Origin: a virus
Taxonomy: Duplodnaviria > Heunggongvirae > Uroviricota > Caudoviricetes
DNA: 36,000 nt
Virus record (IMG/VR): IMGVR_UViG_2534681759_000010
Coordinates: 1 to 36,000 of that record
Direction: 5' to 3' (one strand)
In this document: piece after piece, positions 28,301 through 35,613 of the stretch
Numbering within the stretch: position 1 is the first letter of the stretch
Layout of the letters: the number at the start of each line of letters is the position of its first letter
The notes under the pieces: generated by a model
Told to the model about the DNA's origin: nothing
Databases searched by the model: none
What the model saw: only the letters and a program-made list of their open reading frames with translations
Translations under genes and position numbers: made by a program

Positions 28301-29093
28301 AGTTTATCTCGATAATGCGATGATTCGTAATGGGGCGATCGGAACAGCCCAGATCAACGATGCTAGTATCACCACGGCTAAGATCGGCACAGCCCAGATT
28401 AACGGCGCTCACATCCAACACGCACAGATCGGAACAGGTCATATTATTGATGGCTCTATCGATAATGCTAAAATTGGTAACTATATCCAGTCTTATAACT
28501 GGAATGGTAACGATGGATGGTATATCGGCAAAGATGGCACTTGTCATTTTAGACACGCTAATATTCGTGGTCATTTGGTGGCTGATTCCGGCGAAATGAA
28601 CAACGTAACGATTAATTCAAGTTGCCGCATTTTGGGTATGCTTGATGCTAATCAGGTGCGTGGTGACTTCGTGAAAGCTATTGGTCGTCGATTCCCACAT
28701 TGGGACGAAAACCCATCATTGGGCTATCCCGGTTATCCGCAAGGTACAATCACTGTTCGAATTGAAGATGATCACCCGTTTGATCGTCAGATTATCGTTC
28801 CGGCTATTAGCTTTGGTGGTCTTAATGCGCGTGAAGGCTCGAATAACAATACTTACTATGATAACTGTCGCTTGATTGTTCGCAAGAACGGTGCTGAATT
28901 ATATAACCGTGCATATGGTAGACAGACTGGATTGTATAGTGCTGTTATTGATATGCCAGCCGGACACGGACCAGTTACGCTAACTTTTGAAGTAAGTTCA
29001 AGCGCAATCAACAACTGGACTCCCAGCACATGGATCAGCGATCTTTCTGTAATTGTTACTAAGAAAGCCGCTACGGGTATTTCTGTTTCTTAA
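25317..29093 (+). CDS. Central tail fibre / host-specificity protein: lambda I C-terminal domain fused to lambda J, with a lambda-J-like C-terminal receptor-binding domain
   Basis: N-terminal hydrophobic Gly/Ala segment and KTVLPVLFGTTRTG resemble the gpI C-terminus (NVLPVLYGEMRVG); IFAISEGEIDHF resembles J VIDAISEGPIEG; C-terminus DDHPFDRQIIVPAISF...VIDMPAGHGPVTLTFEV...ISDLSVIVTKKAATGISVS closely parallels lambda J DDHPFDRQIVVLPLTF...IVDMPAGRGNVILTFTL...VMVIKKQALGISVV. Confidence 0.85.
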   Translation: MGFEVLVGAVIAGASAGMAAAATFSVMTAVAIGMAAGAMTLIASTVGAPKTPKVQSPDNAVTLGTSNDPKTVLPVLFGTTRTGAICVYKAISQRENNKLVQIFAISEGEIDHFKALHIDNKNVLISQNMTIRDGILDKGNIKDEYRKVLEVEFRTGKNPNTALDLAKHHLGADWDDRYQGNGIATMCIVLRRDDKSLAAGVDILQPNSQVAVDVMGLKIRNLETNAIEASTNGVDQIFHYLTNEKYGLSVPIENINVDSFLKVRKQVRQMDLHSNGACDPNASFKENLTSLMQTFGGVMFESFGRITLKLDAPDIVKHTFNEDNIMMGKVSLKTGGTNGYFNTINAMYQEPSIDYSEQMLRYPADAENDATVRADGRIIAKDVEYRFVKSKAQIDKLASIERNKSRITQVISFMTTDAFTAEVWDVISVTYDELKLNNSLWRITAIDRSIDSGIAGMMTITATEYNSQVYTDLNYAATPDNRPTGLPDSMTVQKPTNFRIKATGETIHGKNVTLTWDAPEDFNRYGFQIDYRVSGSPNWIKLGQTSQQIFNINALAKDRSYDYRVCAFGIIARSEWVELVNQNPEVTYELPTPVIRIKNQGSTPGTFEGNDLIIEWENQQALDVVINGETNKFSDLFEAYIIKVTNKAGKSIQYRTRDPESWTYTLDMNQFNGLSRELTVEVSVKGYNNSESAPARLVAINPQHKPMKGFSARGGFNTAFVSWADDVEHDYAGSIIQYATDNTFSDARAVTTNSVSHTSFDLADGDYYIRGAHYDIFGMDDAVWSEPYFMQMKSTISWDDQDKEALEDLIGLQDRLDETIADAIAQAGANADAKIDAMHKQITTETGQTVQASADTLKSLIATSEQASSTKIDQVKAELKGDITKEVSASATTLKQAIATSEAASASKIDQVRVEMDGKIAGVNQEADVKIDALKGTINSKYNLAVNADGRVAGIHMSATNDPAQPTRIIFTADKIAVAPQDGSEVCPFGIEDNKVYLDNAMIRNGAIGTAQINDASITTAKIGTAQINGAHIQHAQIGTGHIIDGSIDNAKIGNYIQSYNWNGNDGWYIGKDGTCHFRHANIRGHLVADSGEMNNVTINSSCRILGMLDANQVRGDFVKAIGRRFPHWDENPSLGYPGYPQGTITVRIEDDHPFDRQIIVPAISFGGLNAREGSNNNTYYDNCRLIVRKNGAELYNRAYGRQTGLYSAVIDMPAGHGPVTLTFEVSSSAINNWTPSTWISDLSVIVTKKAATGISVS

Positions 29094-29111
29094 AATTTAA
29101 TTCTAATAATT

Positions 29112-29152
29112 AATCCCGCTTAATTCTTTGTGGTTAGGCGGGATTATTTTTA
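29112..29152 (+). terminator. Rho-independent terminator after the central fibre gene
   Basis: AATCCCGC...GCGGGATT stem followed by ATTTTT. Confidence 0.55.
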
Positions 29153-29197
29153 TCTAAATAATTTTGCCATTAAACTATATAAAATATCGGGGGCGTA

Positions 29198-29476
29198 ATG
29201 ACTGAAATTATATATGGCGGTATCGGTGTTATCGCCTTAATTTGTGGTGGGCTTTGGAGACTCCACCGAAATCAATTAGCCACAGAAAATAGATTGTCGA
29301 AATTAGAATCCAGCGACGCATTGTTAAACCAGAAGTTTGAGACGATGCAGAATAACCACGATCAGATCGCCGAGAGGGTTTATCGCATGGAACAAACACT
29401 ACACGGTATAGAAAAGAAAGTGGTTGCGATGGACGCTAAATTTGACCAAGTTCTCGACATACTCAAACAAAAATAA
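29198..29476 (+). CDS. Lysis-associated membrane protein: one N-terminal TM helix plus coiled coil; i-spanin- or holin-like
   Basis: IIYGGIGVIALICGGLW TM segment followed by a predicted coiled coil; lies upstream of the endolysin. Confidence 0.45.
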   Translation: MTEIIYGGIGVIALICGGLWRLHRNQLATENRLSKLESSDALLNQKFETMQNNHDQIAERVYRMEQTLHGIEKKVVAMDAKFDQVLDILKQK

Positions 29477-29495
29477 TAATAAAGGGGTGAATATA

Positions 29496-29666
29496 TGAAG
29501 AATAAACTTAAGAAATATTTTGGTTATCTCTTGATTATCGCCCTCACTTATAACGTAGCAATTAGACCTCTGCTTACGTCCTTTGGGCTTGAACTCCCGG
29601 CTATGACCGTGGATGAACAATTGCTAAGGACACTGGCGGGGGTCTTTTCGTTATTAGGGGGCTAAC
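29496..29666 (+). CDS. Small membrane protein, 56 aa; holin candidate
   Basis: Below the track cut-off; MKNKLKKYFGYLLIIALTYNVAIRPLLTSFGLELPAMTV... has a hydrophobic segment; its stop abuts the start of the next gene. Confidence 0.35.
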
Positions 29667-30350
29667 ATGGCAACCAGTACCAATAAACGAAACGCTCTAA
29701 GGACAAAGAAAGCGTTACGCCAATGGACTGATAAAGCAACCGATACATTCGAAAGGGCGATAGGGGAAGGGGCGATCTTTGCTGCTCGTGCACTCCAGAA
29801 GAAGATTAACAAGAATGTTGATAGACCTACTCGCTGGACTCAGCAAGCTGTAGGTAATACCAACTACAAGAACCGATCAGGGACGAGACACCAAATCTTC
29901 ATCAAGGGCGCAAGGGATAAGGATAAGAAGATCGGCAGTCAGGACGACTATCTGAAACACTATTTCGATGGGGGCAAAATCAATAAGCTAGTTCCAATCG
30001 CCAACGGTAAGGTCTTAGACGCTCACGGGAACATTAAGGCCATCAAAGGCGGTAAGATGATGCGTAACCTCGAAAACGGCAACTTCATCAAGGTAGAGAA
30101 CAAGGAAGGGACTTTTATCATGAAGAAGTACAAGCCTAAGAAATCCCGAACCAAACGCGCTAGGAATGGATCGGCGGTGGCAAAACGTCGCTTAGAGAAA
30201 CGCATACAGAAACAGAGCAAGCGAATTGTTGCCGTTAAATCGGATAAAATTTCTACTCGTTATTCGACGCTAGGATCGTGGGAAAGCAACGAGGAAATGA
30301 TGCTTAAGAACATTAATAAGCACATTAAATCGCGCATGAAATACGTTTAA
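29667..30350 (+). CDS. Hypothetical very basic protein, 227 aa (K/R-rich)
   Basis: Intact ORF within the lysis-region operon; no family recognised. Confidence 0.5.
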   Translation: MATSTNKRNALRTKKALRQWTDKATDTFERAIGEGAIFAARALQKKINKNVDRPTRWTQQAVGNTNYKNRSGTRHQIFIKGARDKDKKIGSQDDYLKHYFDGGKINKLVPIANGKVLDAHGNIKAIKGGKMMRNLENGNFIKVENKEGTFIMKKYKPKKSRTKRARNGSAVAKRRLEKRIQKQSKRIVAVKSDKISTRYSTLGSWESNEEMMLKNINKHIKSRMKYV

Positions 30351-30388
30351 TCAATAAATACCCTCATAGAATCTTATGGGGGTATAAC

Positions 30389-30736
30389 ATGGCTAAAAAT
30401 ATTTTCACTGAATTTCCTACTTATCCGGTCGATCAGCTTTCCGGTATTTTTATTAATGGCATTAGCCCAGAATCTATGACACATGATTTTGAGGCGAAGA
30501 GAGTTAAACATAAACAATATAAAGAATGTATCCGCGATCATGAAAAAGGGACCGTGTTTTGTGTCGCTACATTGGCTAAACGTCCTAAGTATCGTTTTCG
30601 TGTAGGACAAGAAGTTGATGTGGTTAATCCTTATAGCTTTAACTGTCTGGGCGATGCACGCGCGGTGTGTGTAGGCACTGCTCCTTATTATATCAAGGGT
30701 ATGCGCTTTATTGGTTATATCTTCGAAATGATCTAA
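30389..30736 (+). CDS. Hypothetical protein, 115 aa
   Basis: Intact ORF between the basic protein and the endolysin. Confidence 0.45.
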   Translation: MAKNIFTEFPTYPVDQLSGIFINGISPESMTHDFEAKRVKHKQYKECIRDHEKGTVFCVATLAKRPKYRFRVGQEVDVVNPYSFNCLGDARAVCVGTAPYYIKGMRFIGYIFEMI

Positions 30737-30745
30737 GGGGGTAAT

Positions 30746-31099
30746 ATGTTAAGTAAGCATTTTTCTCGCAAGGAATTTAAATGTAAATGCGGAAAATGTG
30801 ATTATGATACAATCGACGCTGAATTACTGGTGATTCTTGAGGATGTACGAGAGCACTTCGGGAAACCAGTAATTATTAACAGTGGGAACCGTTGTCCGAC
30901 TCATAACAAGAATGTAGGCGGGGCAACCAACAGCTATCACGTTCGAGGCCGTGCGGCTGACATTGTGGTCAAGGGTGTCTCCCCTGATATTGTCCATGCT
31001 TATCTTGATGGGAAATATCCTACTCAATACGGCTTAGGCAAATATAAAACCTTTACGCATATTGATAGCAGGTCGAAAAAATCTCGATGGAATGGATAA
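30746..31099 (+). CDS. Endolysin, peptidase M15 family (zinc D-Ala-D-Ala carboxypeptidase-like, L-alanyl-D-glutamate peptidase type)
   Basis: GGGGG RBS; NSGNRCPTHNKNVGGATNSYHVRGRAADIVV ... FTHIDSR carries the H-x-D ... H zinc-ligand pattern of M15 peptidases. Confidence 0.75.
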   Translation: MLSKHFSRKEFKCKCGKCDYDTIDAELLVILEDVREHFGKPVIINSGNRCPTHNKNVGGATNSYHVRGRAADIVVKGVSPDIVHAYLDGKYPTQYGLGKYKTFTHIDSRSKKSRWNG

Positions 31100-31104
31100 A
31101 ATTA

Positions 31105-31130
31105 AAGCGCCTCTAGTGGGCGCTTTTTTG
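31105..31130. terminator. Bidirectional rho-independent terminator between convergent genes
   Basis: AAGCGCC-TCTAGTG-GGCGCTT hairpin followed by TTTTTG on + and a T-rich tract on the minus strand. Confidence 0.6.
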
Positions 31131-31712
31131 TTAGAATATGCTGGCGACGTTAGCTATATTTCTGACCATTTTTTCATTATAAACAAACGTTTCTGTAGCA
31201 CCTTCTTTAATATCAAAATCACCTTTTACTAGGTTTTTCTTGATAAACAATTCTGCCGCGTATGCGTCTTTTTCGTCTTGAAATTCGAAAGCCTCGATGA
31301 TATCAAATTTCATCTTATTCTGGCATCTTAGCTTATGTTTTCTCTTCAACACATTGTGACTTACTCCAACCTTACCCACATCACCACACCGCATAACATA
31401 TAATACTGGTTGCCCATTTTTATATTTGTTGTCATATTTGCTACGATTACACGGGCACACAGTAGGATTATGTAAGAATTGTTTTGCTGTTATATCTCTG
31501 ATTCTTGCGCAGCTTTCACACTCTAGCACAATACGGCTATTGATTGATTTATACTCACCTTTGAATCCGTGGTAAATCAAGGGTAAACCCTCGTTTTCAA
31601 TACGGGTCACGATCCTTGCTTCCATATCAATTGGATGTGATGGCGCTTTGCCATTTTTGGTGCGGATAAAATTGAACGGGATATCACATGCTTTGCGCAC
31701 ATCATTCATCAT
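31131..31712 (-). CDS. Zinc-finger plus T5orf172 (GIY-YIG superfamily) domain protein; homing-endonuclease-like
   Basis: Cys cluster CESCARIRDITAKQFLHNPTVCPC; LYVMRCGDVGKVGVSHNVLKR ... ETF fits the T5orf172 pattern. Start set at the internal ATG with a GAGG RBS (track start 31724 is a GTG). Confidence 0.55.
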   Translation of the reverse strand: MMNDVRKACDIPFNFIRTKNGKAPSHPIDMEARIVTRIENEGLPLIYHGFKGEYKSINSRIVLECESCARIRDITAKQFLHNPTVCPCNRSKYDNKYKNGQPVLYVMRCGDVGKVGVSHNVLKRKHKLRCQNKMKFDIIEAFEFQDEKDAYAAELFIKKNLVKGDFDIKEGATETFVYNEKMVRNIANVASIF

Positions 31713-31752
31713 AAAAAACCTCACTTAATTTATCTTATAGGCATTACCTTTA

Positions 31753-32205
31753 ATGTTGATGATCGAGTTCGTAGAAACCGAATTAACTAAACTGGCTTCC
31801 GAAATGGAAGAAGAAACTCCGGCAGAAGGAACCAGTATTAACGATCTTATTCTGGCAGCAGATACCGCAGATGATAAAGTAGTATTCGACGAAGTTGATC
31901 CGTCTCTGGTTGAAGCAATGAAAGAACCTGAGATCGTCATTGAAGAAACAAAAGAAGAATCTCCAGCAGTTGAACCAGTGGTCGAAGAAGTTAAGTCAGA
32001 TGTTGAAGAAGCACCGGAAGTTAAAGTGAAATCTCCGGTAGCAAACATTTTCTCTGACGAAGCAGAACATCGTTCCCCAGCACATGACACTGATTCATTT
32101 TGCGATCTTACTGGCTTCCGTCCGACCATTTGCTTGATCGGTGGCGGTCGTGGTTACTACTCCTGCCCGTGGTCTTCAACCATTACAACAAATTTTTCTC
32201 AATAA
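31753..32205 (+). CDS. Highly acidic protein, 150 aa (E/D/V/P-rich, VEE repeats); DNA-mimic or anti-restriction candidate
   Basis: Frame uses codons I recall as preferred in enterobacteria (GAA, CCG, CTG, GCA); the overlapping minus-strand ORF 31725..32129 is a Ser/Thr-rich antisense shadow. Confidence 0.5.
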   Translation: MLMIEFVETELTKLASEMEEETPAEGTSINDLILAADTADDKVVFDEVDPSLVEAMKEPEIVIEETKEESPAVEPVVEEVKSDVEEAPEVKVKSPVANIFSDEAEHRSPAHDTDSFCDLTGFRPTICLIGGGRGYYSCPWSSTITTNFSQ

Positions 32206-32240
32206 ATAGTAGTGAACTTATTATTTTCGAGGACACTAAT

Positions 32241-33239
32241 ATGAATACTACTTTAGCAAAGGATATCGAATTTACCGCAAAAAGCAAACGTGCGACCCCT
32301 CCGGTCGAATATGAAACCAGAATCATTAAAGTTTGTCAAGCGCATGGATGGTTATACAGTGGTTTTGTGCTTCCTGTAAAGAAACCATTCCAGAACACCA
32401 AAGTTTGCATAGAAGTTAACGGAAAGGTTAAAACGCCATGTATTAGTCATGTTCTAACTGGTCAGTTTACTGGCAAAGATAGAGTATCACCGCCTAAGAA
32501 GAAGTTTAGATTTACCGAAGAAGAACACTTAGAAAACGCTCGCAAGTTCTACAAGCCGATAGGGTGGGATGTGTTAGGTCTGGCTGAACCTTATCAGGGT
32601 GTTGACACTAAACTAATTCTTCGTTGTAAGTGCCACGGAAAGATTCACAAGAAAGGTGATTTACACAATAACCGCAGACAAGGCGGGTTAACATGCCCTT
32701 TGGTTAGGGGTGTACTTAAATCAATTCAGAATGGTAGAAAACAGGTTATCAGAAACAAGTTTGCACAGCGCCCTATGCACTTTTATCTAATTCGTGTTGG
32801 CGAGAAGTTTTTCAAATATGGAATTACCACTCGCAAAGATCCGATGCAACGGGTAAGAGAACACCAGAAGCACACCAGCGAGAAAATCACCTTTGAATGC
32901 TCACATTTGTTTAACATTGGATGGAAAGCTGGTGATTTAGAAATGGGGATTAAAAAGAATATTCAGGGCAAGAAAATCCCACGTAAGGTAATGAATAGCG
33001 GATTCACAGAAACGCTACCGATTAGCAAGCTGAAAGATGTTAAATCATTCATCAATGAATACATCCACACCAACCCATCTAAGCCAATGTATTTTGATGA
33101 TACCAACGCAATCAATCTGAACAACTACATTAGTGATGAAGACATAGAACGAGATTTATCGCAGTGGATGAATGCACCGTTAGCTGATTTAACACCGGAA
33201 AACTTAGAACTCGATTTAAGCCCTTTAGAGGCTCTCTAA
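32241..33239 (+). CDS. Second zinc-finger plus T5orf172 domain protein, divergent paralog of 31131..31712
   Basis: GAGG RBS before the internal ATG (track start 32100 + 141); Cys/His cluster RCKCHGKIHKKGDLH...LTCPL; HFYLIRVGEKFFKYGITTRKDPMQRVREH fits the T5orf172 core. Confidence 0.55.
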   Translation: MNTTLAKDIEFTAKSKRATPPVEYETRIIKVCQAHGWLYSGFVLPVKKPFQNTKVCIEVNGKVKTPCISHVLTGQFTGKDRVSPPKKKFRFTEEEHLENARKFYKPIGWDVLGLAEPYQGVDTKLILRCKCHGKIHKKGDLHNNRRQGGLTCPLVRGVLKSIQNGRKQVIRNKFAQRPMHFYLIRVGEKFFKYGITTRKDPMQRVREHQKHTSEKITFECSHLFNIGWKAGDLEMGIKKNIQGKKIPRKVMNSGFTETLPISKLKDVKSFINEYIHTNPSKPMYFDDTNAINLNNYISDEDIERDLSQWMNAPLADLTPENLELDLSPLEAL

Positions 33240-33253
33240 CGCAATTAAATTCA

Positions 33254-33285
33254 AAAGGGGTACTAATACCCCTTAACTGTTTTAG
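33254..33285. terminator. Bidirectional terminator between convergent genes
   Basis: AAGGGGTA-CTAA-TACCCCTT hairpin with T-rich flanks on both strands. Confidence 0.5.
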
Positions 33286-33310
33286 CTCGTTATACGTCGA
33301 TTTAGGCCGC

Positions 33311-34990
33311 TTAAATTCCAAATTCCTGTAATGGACCTGGTATTTCCTCTTCTGGTTTCCAGTTCTTATCTGTCAGCATGTCTAAACATGGATGCAAAAC
33401 AAGCCCGTTACTTTCCAGAATCTGTCTATCATTGATAGTTTTCAAATCAACGAAGATCCGGCCTTTCCTCGGTCCTCTTGAATTTTCTATTACAACTCTC
33501 TGGGTCTTGCCATCGATGTATTCCAGTACAAACAAGTTTTTGTACTTGTCAATCCTGCTACACCCGATCCGTTTTAGAGCTTGCTTAATCTTAAACCGGA
33601 CCTTAATGCGATCCTCGTTGTAAACATCTTCTATATCAAATTCTGCGAGCTTCTCCCAGCCTTGAGAGTCAACAGAATACATTTCCTCTTCTGCCATCTT
33701 AATTTGATTGTAGAGTGTTTCACGCTCGCTATTGAGGGTAGTAATCTGATCGGCTAGCTCCTTCGTTGCTCCTGTCATAGCAGAAAGGGTAATCAGGTTA
33801 TCAATCTTGCGTGATATTTCATCAATCTGTACTTTCAAAGCCGGAACCGGATTAGCCTTATCCTCAGCAATCCAGATTTTATCAGCCAGCAATTGCAATA
33901 CAGCTTTCTCTAATTGATCACCTCGAAAACTCCAGTTTGTATGCACACATGCAATACGACTAGAGCGCATTGCATCGCATGAATAACGATATTGGTTAGG
34001 ACGTTTGTTAGTTCCTTTCACCTTAACCATAGCGGAACCGCAATGTTCACATTTCAATAGACCAACACCACTAAGCAAGGGAATAGGTTTAACTTCTTCC
34101 TTGTCTCCATAGTTACATGCTCTAACACCAATGCTTTTCTTAAGGTGATAAAACTCAGCGTCATCTAGCACACGAGGATAATAATCCTTTAACTCATACT
34201 TAACGCCATCTACAGAGATTTCCTTGATACCAATCAAAGCGCGGGTATGGAACAACCTTTCAATCATTGCCCGTGACCAGTTTGAATGCCTCTTGTGACT
34301 TGCGGCTGGTGGTGGTGTGTATGTCGCGTTAAGGTGATCCAGTATCTCGGCGGTTGACCGTCCATTCCTGCGTAATTCCACAACTTCCTGAACAATAGGG
34401 AAGAAGACCGGATGAGGAAGCACATAACCAGATGTGGTATCAGTCCACCACATATTCTTTCCAATTTCCTCGATTGCAACAGCCGGATTTTGTGGATTTT
34501 CTTGATGAGCTTTAATCTTAATCAATGCGCTTGAGTTAGTACGATTGCGCTTAGTCTGACTTTCCTCGTTAGCTCTCGCAAACAACATGACACTCAACAG
34601 CAAATCAATAGGATTGGCATTAACCGATTCCTTGCTATAGACCTTACCATCCATGCCAGTTACGATAGTTATTCCCCTACGGATAATCGAGAGAAATAGC
34701 TCTTGTGCTTCAATGATGGATTGGCGAGAGATACGGTCTAAGTTTTCCACAACCAGCCAGCTACCAACCGGAACGGATCGACCAATCTCATCCAGAAAGC
34801 GAGATAGTGCACCTGTTCTACTGTTAGCCCCTTTGAATGCAGATACACCAAAATCCTGATAGGAAGTAACCAGTTCAAGGTCATATTTTGCGGCTATCTC
34901 TGCGGCTGTTCTCTTTTGGCGTTCATAAGAACTACCATCTGCTTGCTTCATGGAAGAGAAGCGAATATACGAATACAGTTTAGTTTTCAT
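33311..34990 (-). CDS. Large serine recombinase (serine integrase or invertase-like)
   Basis: N-terminal resolvase catalytic domain (MKTKLYSYIRFSSMKQADGSSYERQ); long C-terminal extension with Cys cluster (CEHCGS...C...C) and coiled coil, typical of large serine recombinases. Start at the internal ATG (track start is a TTG). Confidence 0.8.
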   Translation of the reverse strand: MKTKLYSYIRFSSMKQADGSSYERQKRTAAEIAAKYDLELVTSYQDFGVSAFKGANSRTGALSRFLDEIGRSVPVGSWLVVENLDRISRQSIIEAQELFLSIIRRGITIVTGMDGKVYSKESVNANPIDLLLSVMLFARANEESQTKRNRTNSSALIKIKAHQENPQNPAVAIEEIGKNMWWTDTTSGYVLPHPVFFPIVQEVVELRRNGRSTAEILDHLNATYTPPPAASHKRHSNWSRAMIERLFHTRALIGIKEISVDGVKYELKDYYPRVLDDAEFYHLKKSIGVRACNYGDKEEVKPIPLLSGVGLLKCEHCGSAMVKVKGTNKRPNQYRYSCDAMRSSRIACVHTNWSFRGDQLEKAVLQLLADKIWIAEDKANPVPALKVQIDEISRKIDNLITLSAMTGATKELADQITTLNSERETLYNQIKMAEEEMYSVDSQGWEKLAEFDIEDVYNEDRIKVRFKIKQALKRIGCSRIDKYKNLFVLEYIDGKTQRVVIENSRGPRKGRIFVDLKTINDRQILESNGLVLHPCLDMLTDKNWKPEEEIPGPLQEFGI

Positions 34991-34999
34991 ACCATTTCC

Positions 35000-35040
35000 A
35001 AACAAAAACGCCCCTACCGCGTATTATAACGATAGGGGCA
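35000..35040 (-). terminator. Hairpin terminator immediately upstream of the recombinase start
   Basis: GCCCCTA...TAGGGGC stem with a 16-nt loop containing TATTATAAC, followed on the minus strand by GTTTTTGTTT. Confidence 0.4.
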
Positions 35041-35055
35041 TTGGTTAGTAAGTCA

Positions 35056-35301
35056 TTAATATTTCTTTCCAGTTAGTTTTGCATCACGTTTATTAATATC
35101 CTCGATATGACTCCATACACACGCAGTAATAAAGTCGTCATCGTCACCAACTCCGGCAACCTGTGCTAATTCAGTACACAGTTGATTTAAAGAAGGTGCA
35201 ACGGCAGCACGCTTGACACTATCACCCTGTACATATTGATCCGCATTAGCAGCACCAACCAAACCCAGAGCAAGAACAACACCAGCGATAATCTTTTTCA
35301 T
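35056..35301 (-). CDS. Small secreted (periplasmic) protein, 81 aa, with Sec signal peptide and no lipobox
   Basis: MKKIIAGVVLALGLVGAANA followed by DQ; mature part about 60 aa with two Cys. Confidence 0.55.
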   Translation of the reverse strand: MKKIIAGVVLALGLVGAANADQYVQGDSVKRAAVAPSLNQLCTELAQVAGVGDDDDFITACVWSHIEDINKRDAKLTGKKY

Positions 35302-35346
35302 AGTAGAATTTCCTCTTGTTGTTTGAATTACGATATATTTATATCG

Positions 35347-35472
35347 TTAAAAGTTAATACTAATAATCAGACCAAACACAACCGCACCAATCAAATCAAT
35401 CCAGTTAATACACAATCCGCTATATTCTTTCTTGAATGTCTTAGATGAAATGCCATCATGAAATTGTTTCAT
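35347..35472 (-). CDS. Small peptide, 41 aa, with C-terminal TM helix (MKQFHDGISSKTFKKEYSGLCINWIDLIGAVVFGLIISINF)
   Basis: Below the track cut-off; read from the minus strand. A second hydrophobic 26-aa ORF lies just upstream on the same strand. Confidence 0.3.
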   Translation of the reverse strand: MKQFHDGISSKTFKKEYSGLCINWIDLIGAVVFGLIISINF

Positions 35473-35585
35473 TGCTCACCCCATACTAACGACAATATAA
35501 GAAAGGCTGATCATAGTTGTGAGACTACCTCCCACGAATGAGATAAAAGCTAACATGTTTGATTCTCCAGTTTAAAAAGCGGTGG

Positions 35586-35612
35586 GAATTACACCCACCA
35601 AATTAGAAATTA
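35586..35612 (-). terminator. Terminator for the minus-strand gene 35614..36000
   Basis: GGTGGG-AATTACA-CCCACC hairpin followed on the minus strand by GCTTTTT. Confidence 0.5.
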
Positions 35613-35613
35613 A

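Noticed and set aside
25169-28875. ORFs on alternative frames or antisense inside the central fibre gene (25169..25561, 25296..25481, 26033..26326, 26917..27099, 26952..27176, 27873..28574, 28330..28599, 28681..28875)
   Set aside because: The 1258-aa ORF has strong lambda I/J similarity; these are embedded shadows.
29399-30610. Minus-strand ORFs 29399..29620, 30023..30220 and 30374..30610
   Set aside because: Antisense to the co-oriented lysis-region genes.
31725-32129. Minus-strand ORF 31725..32129 (Ser/Thr-rich, 134 aa)
   Set aside because: Antisense to the acidic ORF 31753..32205, whose frame uses codons I recall as preferred in enterobacteria; the Ser/Thr-rich translation is the expected artefact. 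Its stop abutting the next minus-strand gene was noted but judged insufficient.
33378-34859. ORFs 33378..33623 (+), 34264..34479 (-) and 34653..34859 (+) inside the recombinase gene
   Set aside because: Embedded in or antisense to the serine recombinase ORF.
35236-35448. Plus-strand ORF 35236..35448
   Set aside because: Asn/Thr/Gln-rich low-complexity translation antisense to the secreted-protein gene and the small minus-strand peptide; judged non-coding.
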